26,834 nucleotides of DNA from Saprolegnia diclina VS20 (GCF_000281045.1 NW_008246100.1:306408-333241), one strand, 5' to 3'; shown: positions 10,014 through 20,055, numbered from the stretch's first letter. Notes: a model not told the origin generated them from the letters alone. A program made the numbers and translations.

Positions 10014-10751
10014 ATGGTCGACGACCCGGACCTCTGCACCGTCTATGAGGACGACGGTGTCACATGGCTCATCCAGTACGTGGACGCAGCCGACTTCTCT
10101 GGCCTCGCGCCTGTGACCCAAGTCTATGGGCTGGCGCTGACGCGCGACGGCAAGGTGCTCCTCGGCGTCGACGCGCGCGGCCGCTGCACGCTGCTCGGCG
10201 GGACCGTCGAGGCCGGCGAGTCCTTCGCCGAGTGCCTCCAGCGCGAGATGCTCGAAGAGGCCAACTACCGTGTGCTGTGCATGGCGCCCATCGGGTACCA
10301 GCGCATTGACTGCGGCGACAACGTGAGCTACCAGGTGCGCTACGCCTGCCTCGTCGAGCCCGCCGGCGCCTTCACGGGCGACGCCGACGTCCGCGCCATC
10401 AACCCCATCGTTCGCATCCTCGAGATCGAGCGCGACGATGTGCTCTCGCACTGGAACTGGGGCAAGAAGTCGGCGCTCATGCTGACGCGCGCCACCGAAT
10501 GGTATCAAGCTGTCCATCAAAGTACATGCGAGCAGTCCGCTTCCTCTTCTCTTCTCCTCATGGAGCTTACTCGGTCTTCTTTTCACGGAGCGCCTCCAAG
10601 TCGGCTTGGAGCTGCTTGGACTTGGCCTGCTCGGCTTGGATCCACTGCGTGTAGAGACCCGTCATCTTTTGCACTTCCTTCTCGAGCACGCGGCGGCGGA
10701 CCTTCTCCTCGAGGACCCACGCGCGCCACTTGTCGGACGCGATCGTCGTGA
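10014..10751 (+). CDS. Nudix hydrolase (domain ends near 10510; C-terminal tail uncertain)
   Basis: Nudix box GGTVEAGESFAECLQREMLEEAN. Strong C/G third-position bias up to about 10500 and no intron in the domain. The unspliced frame runs on to 10751, overlapping the anoctamin 3' end. Confidence 0.82.
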   Translation: MVDDPDLCTVYEDDGVTWLIQYVDAADFSGLAPVTQVYGLALTRDGKVLLGVDARGRCTLLGGTVEAGESFAECLQREMLEEANYRVLCMAPIGYQRIDCGDNVSYQVRYACLVEPAGAFTGDADVRAINPIVRILEIERDDVLSHWNWGKKSALMLTRATEWYQAVHQSTCEQSASSSLLLMELTRSSFHGAPPSRLGAAWTWPARLGSTACRDPSSFALPSRARGGGPSPRGPTRATCRTRSS

Positions 10752-13148
10752 GCCCGTCAACCTCCGCGACCTGGCCCATCTCGCTGAGCTCGTTCTCGTC
10801 AATCGAGCGCGAGATGCTGCTGTCCTTGTGCAGAAGGCGCGCGCGACGGTTGTACTCGGCCTTGATCTGCAGCTTCTTGCGCGCCGCGGCGGCTTCGCGC
10901 TTCATGCCATCAACGACCGCGCTCGGCACGTCGGGAACGACCGCTTGGATGCCGAGCATGAGTGCAAAGATGATGTGCTCGCCTACTCCGACCGCGAGAA
11001 GCGTCTGGAACGGCGTGATCGTCGGGTAGATGCTCTGGAGGACGCCCGAGTTGAAGCCGATGATCGTGCAGTTGGTGAGCACGGCCACGTAGCTCAGGAT
11101 CGTGAACGCAACTTGCCACGTGCCAATGCCGTTGTGCGGCGAGCGCGGGTTGCGCTGGTGGTTCATGAGGATCTTGAACGCGTCGCTGCGCTGCTCGACG
11201 AGGTTGTTGGCGAGCGCGCACGCACTCGCGAGCGGGTACGCGGACGCAAAGAGCGTCACGTGCCTACATGGTTGTCGTTTCCATTCGTCAAGACGTAGGG
11301 TACCCGAATTGGATAAAGAGCTCGAGGTAGTCCATGAACGTGCCTTCGTACACGGGCAAGAGCGCCTCGACGTCGACCTTGTTGACGACCGCGACCGCCG
11401 TGTCCTTCTCCGCGTTGAGTCCGACCTTGGCCTTGACGGTCGACTCGGCCATGACGAACGGCACCAGCGTTTCCTACGTCGATGCATGACGCGTCACCGT
11501 GAGGATGACGGGTACCGTGACGTTGCCAATCAAGAGGCGCATGACGAGAAGCGACCCGAGCGTCGTCTGGAGCAGCTCAAAGTCGCCGACAAAAAAGGTT
11601 ATGTAGAAGAGCAGCCCAAAGTTGTTGACAAACTGAAAGAGCGCGAGCTTGGCAATGAGACCGTTCGTGTACTACACAGCACGGTGGCGTCAGTCGACCG
11701 ACAACGCCAAGGAGAGAGGAGAGAGGAGAGGCAACGTACGTCCATTTCCGTGCGGTGGTTCTCGTAGCCGTTGAGCCACGTAGCGAGCGCGCCGTAGTGC
11801 TGGTCGATCAAAAAGACCGCGCCGGCGTAGAACGCTGACGGAAGCTTCGCAACGTACTGCAGTCCGTGCGTCCAGCCATTCTCCTCGGTCACGTGGTGTC
11901 GAATGTATTCCTACATGTCAATGATACGCAACCGTCTTTAAAGAGAACGTACCCCGGCCTGAAAGTACGCCAGCATGAACGCAGTAATGGCTGCGATTGC
12001 CGAGAGAAGGATCGGAATCGTCACCAAGTACCGGCGGAGGCGCTGGCCAAACGAAAACGACTTGTAGTAGCTCTCGTCAATGTCGTCGTACAGGAGCGTG
12101 CCGTCAAAGCCATCGCGGACCTTCTCGGCGCTACCGAGCACGACGCTCTCCGAGTCGGCGGCGCCCCAGTTCCAGACGAGCTCGCTCTGCCGGCGCTTCC
12201 ATCCCTCGAGGAACGCCACGGCCCACGCCGCGACAAAGAGCGCGTACAAGGCGCTCCCAAAGTTGGACATGCCGTAGAAGGCCTAGGGTGCATCGAGAGA
12301 GCCTGCGATGGAAGGGATGTATTACCTGGTAGAGAGCGACCGCGAGGCCGACGACCGTCGGGTAGATCAAGTACCGCGTGTAGAGACCAAGGAACGCAAA
12401 GTAGAAGCCAACTTCGTTGCCGCAGTAGTCGCGGACAAGCGCGACCGGCACGCGCGTGAACGCGCTCTTCTGCTTGACCCACGACTCCATGAGGTGCGTG
12501 CGCTCGGTGGTATCGTGGAGGGGAAAGACCGCCGTAATGAGACCCTTGTCGCGGGCCGTCTGGAAGAGCTTGTCGCCGTTCTTGAAGACCGCGTGCGTCT
12601 CGCCGTCGCCGAGGAAGACGTCCAGTGACGCGAGCGCAAAGAGGAGCAAGTCGATCTTCTCGCCCGACGAGAAGGCAACGGCGCCGTCCGCGGTCGCACC
12701 AAACTCGGTCGCAAGCGCCTGCTCAAAGTGAACCCACTTGCCCTTGACGTTGGTCTTGCGCAGCGCGCAGACCTCGGCGTAGCGCGCGTAGACAGCGTCC
12801 GAGGCCGCGCCGACGAGGAGATAGGCCGCGCCGTTGTTCTTGGCCGGATCGTCGTCGTGCAGGATCGCCGAGTCGGCCTTCACGCGCACGACGAGGTCGG
12901 TGTGGTCGGCGACCTCGCGGAGGAAGAGCTCCATCTCGGGGAGCGACCGCACCTTGATAACGAGGTGCATGGCCTGCTCGTCGGGGCTGCCATCAGTGAC
13001 CTTCTACAGCATCGAGAACTGCATGAGGACGAGGAAGCTCCATGGCGCTAGCGTCTACCAAGGGAACGGAGAGCATGAACTTCATGAGGCTCCACCCGGT
13101 CGCGGCAAAGCCGGCCGCGTACACGACGCCCTTGACAAGATCGTCCAT
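10567..13148 (-). CDS. Anoctamin/TMEM16 family Ca2+-activated channel/scramblase
   Basis: Multi-exon gene; exon 1 is 13148..13059 and intron 1 is 13058..13004. Motifs: VRDYCGNEVGFYFAFLG, FLEGWKRRQSELVWNWG, LNGYENHRTE, TLFASAYPLA..ALANNLVEQRSDAFK, GIGTWQ..LSYVAVLTNC. Coiled-coil C-terminal tail. Confidence 0.93.
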
Positions 13149-13377
13149 CGTTCGTTCGCAAATGACTGTGCTGGCCTTTCCCACATTTTCCCGCATGTGA
13201 GAAACGGTATTTCACACGCTCTTCTTCGATCGTTTTGTGGATTGCATTTTACACGCACGTGGCGTTCGAAATAAGCTTGTTTTATGTATTGCGGTGGGAA
13301 ATGTAGAAAAGAAGCGCTGCATTTTCCACCGTTGGAGCAGATCCAGACGAGGTTCCGTGGTCAAGAGAAGAGGAGCG

Positions 13378-14856
13378 ATGCCATCAGCCTTCTCGATCGA
13401 CAAGTTCACGGACAAGCTGCGCAGCTGCAACGAGACCGCGGGCTCCATCCAGACGCTGAGCGCATGGGTGCTCCACCACCGGGCGGCGCTGCCCGAGATG
13501 CTCGATGCATGGTACACCAGCTTCATTGCCGAGACCGCGGCCAAGAAGATCGTGTATTTGTACGTGGCGAACGACGTCATGCAGACCGGTCTGCGCAAGA
13601 TCGGCGAAAAGATCCCGCTGGCGTGCGCCCACAAGGTCATGATGGCGGTCGTGCATGCGATGCACCCGCAGCGCGACCAAGCGGTGCATGGCGTCGTGCG
13701 CAAGCTCGTGCGTGTCTGGACCGACCGCCGCATTCTCAACGCCGCCGTCTTGGCCAAGATGGCCGACCTCTGCAACAATGGCGCGCGGCCGATCGACGCG
13801 GCCTCGGATGACGCGTTAGCGACCGAAGAGGACTCAGCCCGCGACAGCTTCCAGGACGATGCGCTCTTGACCGAGAACCTCGTGCTCGGCGACCTCCCGG
13901 ACGCCGACGACTCGGAAGTCACGAAGGACGCGGCGCAGAAGCTGCAGGATCTCGAGGCCGAAATCATTAGCACGGACTTGCTCAGCGATCGCATGTTCCA
14001 GTTGCACTCGAACATCAAGATGTTTTACAAGGCGCAGACCGACGAGGCGTTCGATGTGGACGAAGAGAAGCTCTGCGGTATGAACTGGGACATGCTCGAA
14101 GTGCCCGTCTTTGAGATTGTCGTCGACCAGAGCCAGCAGCAGGTCGCGACTTTTCGCCATCACCTCGAGCAGCAAGGCGCCAAGCGCAACGACCTCATGG
14201 ACCACTACGCATCGCTGACGACGTTTGATGTGCTCGACGACCCGATTATCTGCGACGTCTCGATGCGCATGGAGAAGGAGCTCGAGGACATGGAGCGTCT
14301 CCAAACGCTCTGCAAGGAGGCCGTCGTGCTACAAGAGACAACCAAGTTGCAGAAACTGGCGGCCTCCAAGCTCAAGCGCCGTCACAGCGACCGGAGCGTC
14401 ACTGCCCCCGCGGCGCTGACGCACCGTCACAGCGATACGGACGTGCTCTCCCGATCGCGCTGGGACCGTGCGCCGCCCGCCGTCAACCACCCACCACCGA
14501 CGTCGTCGTCGTACAGCTACGGGTTCGAAGCCCCAGTTGCGCCAGCGTACCAGGCGCCCCCTGCGTACGAATACACATCGGCGTCGTCATCGTCGTACGC
14601 ACCGTCTTCGTATGGCTATGCCCCGCAAGAGACGTACCAGTACCGCGCGGCGCCCGAGCCCCAGTACGGCTACGCGTCGTCTGCGCGCAGCGGTGACAAG
14701 TACGGTCGGAAGCGCGATCGCTCTCGGTCCCGGTCGCCGCCCCGCCGCTCCCAAGACCGACCGCGCACCCACAGCAGCAAGTTTAGCAGCCAAGGCTCCG
14801 GCTACAAACGGTCCCAGCGGTCGCGGTCCCGGTCGCGCGAGCGCGAGCGCTGGTGA
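13378..14856 (+). CDS. RNA Pol II CTD-interacting domain (CID/RPR) protein, RPRD1-like, with RS-rich tail
   Basis: Intronless. MPSAFSIDKFTDKLRSCNETAGSIQTLSAWVLHHR...KKIVYLYVANDVMQ...LVRVWTDRRI is a CID. It is followed by a coiled-coil region, a Tyr/Ser/Pro-rich segment and RSRSRSPPRR/RSRSRSRERERW. Confidence 0.88.
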   Translation: MPSAFSIDKFTDKLRSCNETAGSIQTLSAWVLHHRAALPEMLDAWYTSFIAETAAKKIVYLYVANDVMQTGLRKIGEKIPLACAHKVMMAVVHAMHPQRDQAVHGVVRKLVRVWTDRRILNAAVLAKMADLCNNGARPIDAASDDALATEEDSARDSFQDDALLTENLVLGDLPDADDSEVTKDAAQKLQDLEAEIISTDLLSDRMFQLHSNIKMFYKAQTDEAFDVDEEKLCGMNWDMLEVPVFEIVVDQSQQQVATFRHHLEQQGAKRNDLMDHYASLTTFDVLDDPIICDVSMRMEKELEDMERLQTLCKEAVVLQETTKLQKLAASKLKRRHSDRSVTAPAALTHRHSDTDVLSRSRWDRAPPAVNHPPPTSSSYSYGFEAPVAPAYQAPPAYEYTSASSSSYAPSSYGYAPQETYQYRAAPEPQYGYASSARSGDKYGRKRDRSRSRSPPRRSQDRPRTHSSKFSSQGSGYKRSQRSRSRSRERERW

Positions 14857-15003
14857 CTATGGAGAGACGCCCTAACTGCATCTTCTTTTTTATCGTATCG
14901 CTCTGCGACTAATCTAATCCCTCTATGCTTTGTGCGCGTGCCACGTATTTGTTTCATACTATATACTATAAGAATGGTTAAGTTATCAAACACACAATGC
15001 TTC

Positions 15004-16320
15004 TTAGTCCAAGAGGATCGTGTCGCCGTGGTAGACGTCGTCAACGTGGCACTTGGTGGTGTACGCCGACTGCCGCAGCGAGCGCAGAATGGTTGCGTCG
15101 TCGAGCTCTTCCTTGGTCTCTTCCTCGTCGTCTTCGCTGTCGGTCGCAAAGTCGTCGTGGGTCCGGGCGAAATCCCAGTCCTTCTCAAACGACACGGTCG
15201 GAGGCAACGTCGTCGGCGCGCTCTGCGTCTTGCGCAGCGTTGGCGGCAACGACGGCGGCACCGCCATCGTCGACCGCACCGGTGGGCGGACGTGGCACGT
15301 CGAGACTAGAATTCCGATCGGGACCTCTTCCTCGAGCGTCAGTGGTGGCGTCGGCACGTGGCTCTCGCCTCGAGCCGGATCGGTCTCGTCGTCGTCATCA
15401 TCAATCGGTTCGTACACCTCGTCGTCGTCGTCGTCGCTGGACGAGGCGTCGTCTTGAAAAAACTTTGACACGGAGAAGCCAGTCGGCCGTGAGAAGAGCC
15501 GCGAGACCGAACTCGAGAGGGACCGCGTGAGGCGGCTCACGTGGAAGCCCGTGACGGCAGCCACGGACGGCGCTGCAAAATAGGCGTCGCACGCGCCGCA
15601 GCGAAAACAGGCCGACGACGGAAGCGCGCAGACCTTGAGGCAACCCGGACAGCGCACGCGGACGTGGAGCCCGAGGTCCCGCGCGACATGGCTCGTCGTG
15701 TCCGCGACTTCGTGTTTGATGGTATCGAGCTTAGAGCGCAGCGCGTTTCCGCAGCTGCCGCAGTACGCGCTCGAGGCGCGGTTGCGCGTACCGCAGCGGG
15801 TGCAGTTGAGATGCATCGGCGCGCTGCTGGCGACCACCGACACGAACGGAGCGTCGCAGCTGTAGCAGTCTCGCACCCCGCTCGCATTGTAGCTAGCGCT
15901 ATTGACAACACGGAGACAGAATGAGCTCATCATAAACATGTCGCCAGACGACGAAACTAAGCATGCGACCTACCATTCGCCACACCGCCACGAGCCGTCG
16001 CTGTGGATCGCATGGGGTGCTGCCAGTGGCTCGGTGAGCTGTGGTGCCGCCGGCAGTGCATGGTCGCACATGGCGCAGTGGCTCGTGTCGGCGTCATTGA
16101 GGTACGTGCTACAAACAAAAGCATGAGCGTGCTGGTCGGCGACTACCTGAGCATTCCTACCACGTGGTACAGGCGAGCGTGGCGGTGGTCGGTGGCGCCG
16201 TCCACGTCGACGAGAGGTGCAAGCTACGCCATGTTGCATGAGCTTGCCGGTCGTCGTCATCGTAGAAGTAGCGTACTTGGCGTACGAGCGGAGGAGCTGG
16301 TCAGCGGACAAGGCGGTCAT
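15004..16320 (-). CDS. Multi-zinc-finger protein (two RanBP2-type fingers and two zinc ribbons) with acidic tail
   Basis: Introns at 16276..16224, 16160..16109 and 15973..15899 join LACTTCTYLNDADTSHCAMCD, WRCGECASYNASGVRDCYSCD, CTRCGTRN...CGSCG and CPGC...CGAC in one frame. Confidence 0.8.
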
Positions 16321-17130
16321 GATTCGTCGAGCGCAGTTTGTAATTTGTGTCAATTGATCGCTCGCAAGTCGACACGCACCACCCGGTGCACCTCGTTTTT
16401 ATTTTATAGCTGCAATTTCGTATGGTCCTGGAGAATTTATTTAAACCTGTCGACAAAGGGTGGCATATTCAGTGACGGCGCATGCTCACGCTGGCCAGAC
16501 TCGGCTTGTCACGACGCCGCCACGAGTGGTGGCGAGCGAACGGACTCGCGATGCGATGCTCACGGACATACCGCGGTACGATGCAAGACAGGCCGAGGAT
16601 ACTACGGCTACTTGTAGTATAGACACCTTGTCCGGCGCCACCAGATCCGACAGCGTGTGATGCTGGGATACTGGGATGGTGGAGCGATAACGTTCTTGGA
16701 ATCGCCACTGGAGAAAAACGAAGCAGGAAACAGAATTTGTCAAGCAAAGCGTGCTGTGCAGCGAGGTGCACCGTTGACGTACAGTGTCGATTGCACATTT
16801 GCAGTGGGACTTGCGACGGTCAACCTGGTTCCAGCGCGAAGGAGCTGCCTGTAGGACGTCGTGGCACATCATAGTTCTTAGAGTATGAGTGCACAGATCC
16901 GTTACAAGGGCTTGCGCCAGGAGGCAAAGCCATGACGAGAGTCGCATGGGCTATGCAACGCATCCTCTATGCACCATCCGAGGTTCAACGAGCGCCGCCA
17001 CCGTTATCCGGATGCCGATTTTTATAAAGTGATAGGTATCCCAGTAGGTATCCTATCGCCAAACGTGGCAGCACGAGCGCGCGAGTAGTCGCCGGACGCT
17101 ATTCGTGTCGCTGGAAGACGCCGCTAGTGC

Positions 17131-17180
17131 ATCAAGCCATGGGTCAATAATAAAGCTTTATTATTGACCCATGATCAAGC
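17131..17180. mobile_element. Perfect 36-bp palindrome flanked by 7-bp direct repeats; candidate DNA-transposon excision footprint or minimal MITE
   Basis: atcaagc (17131-17137) + catgggtcaataataaag|ctttattattgacccatg (17138-17173) + atcaagc (17174-17180). Confidence 0.7.
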
Positions 17181-17978
17181 GATGCGAGATGACGAATTGA
17201 GCGGCGCATGGTTTCGTAGAAAGCATCGGAAGAACCGAGACGAAGCGAACGTTGCAGCCAAGTGTCTGCTCCAGTTTGGAGTTAGTCTTGACGAGCGACA
17301 TGGAGCAACAGTTCCATCCACTGCCCGGCACGTTCCGATAAGTGACGAGAGGGATGGCAATACTAGCGTGTGACCCACTAGGCTGGCACAAGTCGACTAG
17401 CACTGAGCTCTGACGCATTTCTCGAGCATACATCGGGTACGCGCTTTGGCTCCAACGCAACGACTGCGGTATTCGCGCGTTACTCCTCCAAGGCCGCGAC
17501 GCTCGACCGCAAGTATTTGCTACGCTCGGTGCTTCAAGGCCGAGCAACTCGTGGCCTCGCTGCTTACTTCAAACGGTCGCCACGCCATCCCGGACACATA
17601 CCTCACTGAATGTAGTACTATATCAGCGATGTCGCGGCGACGGCGAAGATCTATCTAAAGTCCCGTCATGTGCACTAGTATCGATTGACAAGCACTTCGT
17701 TTCAACCGCCATATCGAATAAATGTACAGTACCAACCTTACACCACGCTGGCGCTGTTTTAGCTCACTCACCGAACCGACCAGAAAACATGCGCTGAAAC
17801 AGCTAGCGAGCTCAAGATGTCCAGCACCAGGGAAGAGAGGACTCGGTGGTCGTCGCAATGGATAGTATGCATGGTCTCCGACACCAATAACACTCAACGC
17901 GTCATACACAGTGCCATTCAACGTCTTTACTTTTACTGTGCATAGGCACAGCTATCAATGCTGCAGTCGTGAGCCCAA

Positions 17979-18266
17979 TCACTCTTGGTTGCTCGTTTCC
18001 TTGGGCTTGTGCATCTCCGCAAAGTCGATTAGGGTGCTGCGGAACTCCTCGTACTTCTTTTTCCGCATGATCTTCTTCTCAACAATGTCATCGAGCTTCT
18101 TCAGGCCGCCAAAGAGGCGCTGGTCGACGAATTTGTCGATCATCGCGTCATTCAGCTGCTCGAATGCCTCCAGGAGCTTGTCCTTTGGCGCTGTGTTGAG
18201 AAACTTGAGGGCGAAGAGGACAGTCTTCGGGTCCACGTTCGCAGCGGGGTCCATCGTCTTGCCCAT
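17979..18266 (-). CDS. Small helix-hairpin-helix-like protein, paralog 1 (95 aa)
   Basis: MGKTMDPAANVDPKTVLFALKFLNTAPKDKLLEAFEQLNDAMIDKFVDQRLFGGLKKLDDIVEKKIMRKKKYEEF. Intronless, with two nearby paralogs that differ at synonymous sites. Confidence 0.88.
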   Translation of the reverse strand: MGKTMDPAANVDPKTVLFALKFLNTAPKDKLLEAFEQLNDAMIDKFVDQRLFGGLKKLDDIVEKKIMRKKKYEEFRSTLIDFAEMHKPKETSNQE

Positions 18267-18907
18267 GTTTGCTCTTGGTCGTGGCTTGTGGTCGCCAATG
18301 TTCAAATGCTCGGCTTTGAGCGACGAGAACGGTGGGCGCTCTAAAGATATCCCGCGCCTTTTCATAAGCCAATCCGAATGCGCCATTTTAAACCAAAGGT
18401 CACTGATTGGACCGAAAAAATATACGTGGCACTCTGCCCAACCAGGAAGGTCGCACTACCGGTTTCGAAATTCGAAGCGCCACGTCACGCAGCCTGGGCA
18501 CCCTTCGAGAACCTTCGATGGCCGACCCAGCGTCGGGTTAAGGCGCTGTATTGACATCTTCAAGAGAGCAGAGTCCTCGTCCTTTCACTGTATGCCTGTC
18601 ATGGATGTCCACTGCATACCATTCCGCTTTGCAGCATGATCGTCAGTCCGCTCCAGCCCAACTAGTCCATCATATCGCGCAGCCGAGAATGGTGATGGGC
18701 GACTTCACCGCTCCTGCTAATTTCGTCATAGTTGCTGGACCTTGGCAGTGTTTCGAGGGAGATATGTGCGCTCTGCAGCTCAAAATGCCCGCGCGAGTTA
18801 CCCGCTTCGCTTGGAAGCTTCTTCCGCCCACAGGATGGCGCCGACTCACAGTGCAAACAGTCTTATATTGGCGGGTTGCAATAGTACTACGTACAAGTTG
18901 ACACGAC

Positions 18908-19195
18908 CTAATCTGTGACGGGCTTCTCCTTGGGCTTGTTGGCCGTCGCATAGTCCAGAATGACGCTCTTGAACTCTTCGTATTTCTTCTTTCGCATAAT
19001 CTTCTTCTCGACAATGTCGTCCAGCTTCTTGAGACCGCCAAAGAGGCGCTGGTCGAGAATCTTGTCGGCGACGCTGTCCGAGAGCCCGTCAAGGTTGTCG
19101 AGGAGCTTCTCTTTCGTGGCCGTGTTGAGGAACTTAAGTGCAAAGAGGAGGACCTTCGGGTCGACGTCGGCGGCGGGTTCCGTGGCCTTGCCCAT
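18908..19195 (-). CDS. Small helix-hairpin-helix-like protein, paralog 2 (95 aa)
   Basis: MGKATEPAADVDPKVLLFALKFLNTATKEKLLDNLDGLSDSVADKILDQRLFGGLKKLDDIVEKK. The LNTA.xE.L..LxG...A..I..R..G....DD pattern resembles ComEA/HHH_3. Confidence 0.88.
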   Translation of the reverse strand: MGKATEPAADVDPKVLLFALKFLNTATKEKLLDNLDGLSDSVADKILDQRLFGGLKKLDDIVEKKIMRKKKYEEFKSVILDYATANKPKEKPVTD

Positions 19196-19223
19196 GCTGT
19201 AGTTGTAGTTGTTGCTCGTTGGA

Positions 19224-19242
19224 GGCAAAAAGGAAAATGAGC
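19224..19242 (-). promoter_or_regulatory. Oomycete initiator (Inr/FPR)-like element upstream of paralog 2
   Basis: Minus strand reads gctcattttcctttttgcc, resembling the oomycete GCTCATTYYNCAWTTT consensus, about 30-45 nt before the ATG. Confidence 0.5.
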
Positions 19243-19727
19243 TGTCGGACGAAGAGCTCGCGACGAGGTCGTCAAAGATAGGCCAGTTTTAACCAACTTC
19301 AACCAGCGAATATCGAACCTTGCCGTTGCGTAGCATCTTCTTTTTTCACGCAACTCGTCGGGTCGGGGTACCCACGTCCGGATCGCGTCACGTGTGATCA
19401 CGGGGCATGTCATAGGCTAGCTACGGCCATGCAGGACCGCATAGAGGGGCAAGCGCCATAGTGGGCAGCGCTATAGGAGGAGATGGGGATGGGTGGCGAG
19501 GTCCGTTCTTGCGTCAGGTAGCCCGAATGCGCCTTGATAGCAAGGAACTGGTATCGTAGAGCCTGGTCGGGTTGCTACTGTACGCGCCTACAATGTACTG
19601 ACTGTTGCCATCGTGGCGTGGAATCGTGGGTGCTAAAAGCGTGTTGGTACAGATTAAGTTGAGGGCGACGACGGTCTGAAAGATTACAACTAGTAACTAA
19701 CTAACTCCGTCGCCGTGTCCGCGGAGT

Positions 19728-20030
19728 TCACGCGGTTTGGCGCTTCTCCTTGGGCTTGTGCTCGACGGCCCATTTCAGCGCAACGTCCTGAAACTCCTCA
19801 AACTTCTTTTTCCGCATGATCTTCTTCTCGAGGATGTCATCGAGCTTCTTCATGCCGCCAAAGAGGCGCTGGTCGACGATCTTGTCGGCCATGTGGTCGG
19901 TGAAGTGGCCTTCAAACGTCTCGAGGAGCTTTTCCTTGGACGCGGTGTTCATGAACTTGATGAGGAAGATCATGGTCTTCTCGTCGACTTCGACGGTCGG
20001 CGCGTGGTGCGTGGCGTGGTGCTTGCCCAT
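19728..20030 (-). CDS. Small helix-hairpin-helix-like protein, paralog 3 (100 aa, His-rich N-terminus)
   Basis: MGKHHATHHAPTVEVDEKTMIFLIKFMNTASKEKLLETFEGHFTDHMADKIVDQRLFGGMKKLDDILEKKIMRKKKFEEF. Confidence 0.88.
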   Translation of the reverse strand: MGKHHATHHAPTVEVDEKTMIFLIKFMNTASKEKLLETFEGHFTDHMADKIVDQRLFGGMKKLDDILEKKIMRKKKFEEFQDVALKWAVEHKPKEKRQTA

Positions 20031-20055
20031 GTTGGAGGAGGAGGAGGTTGTTCGT

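Noticed and set aside
13019..13058. Shorter 40-nt first intron for anoctamin (acceptor at 13019)
   Set aside because: It leads to an in-frame TAG five codons later. The acceptor at 13004 keeps the frame open.
18250..20030. N-myristoylation of the MGK-starting HhH proteins
   Set aside because: Gly2 is present, but Lys3 and the lack of Ser/Thr at position 6 fit the NMT consensus poorly.
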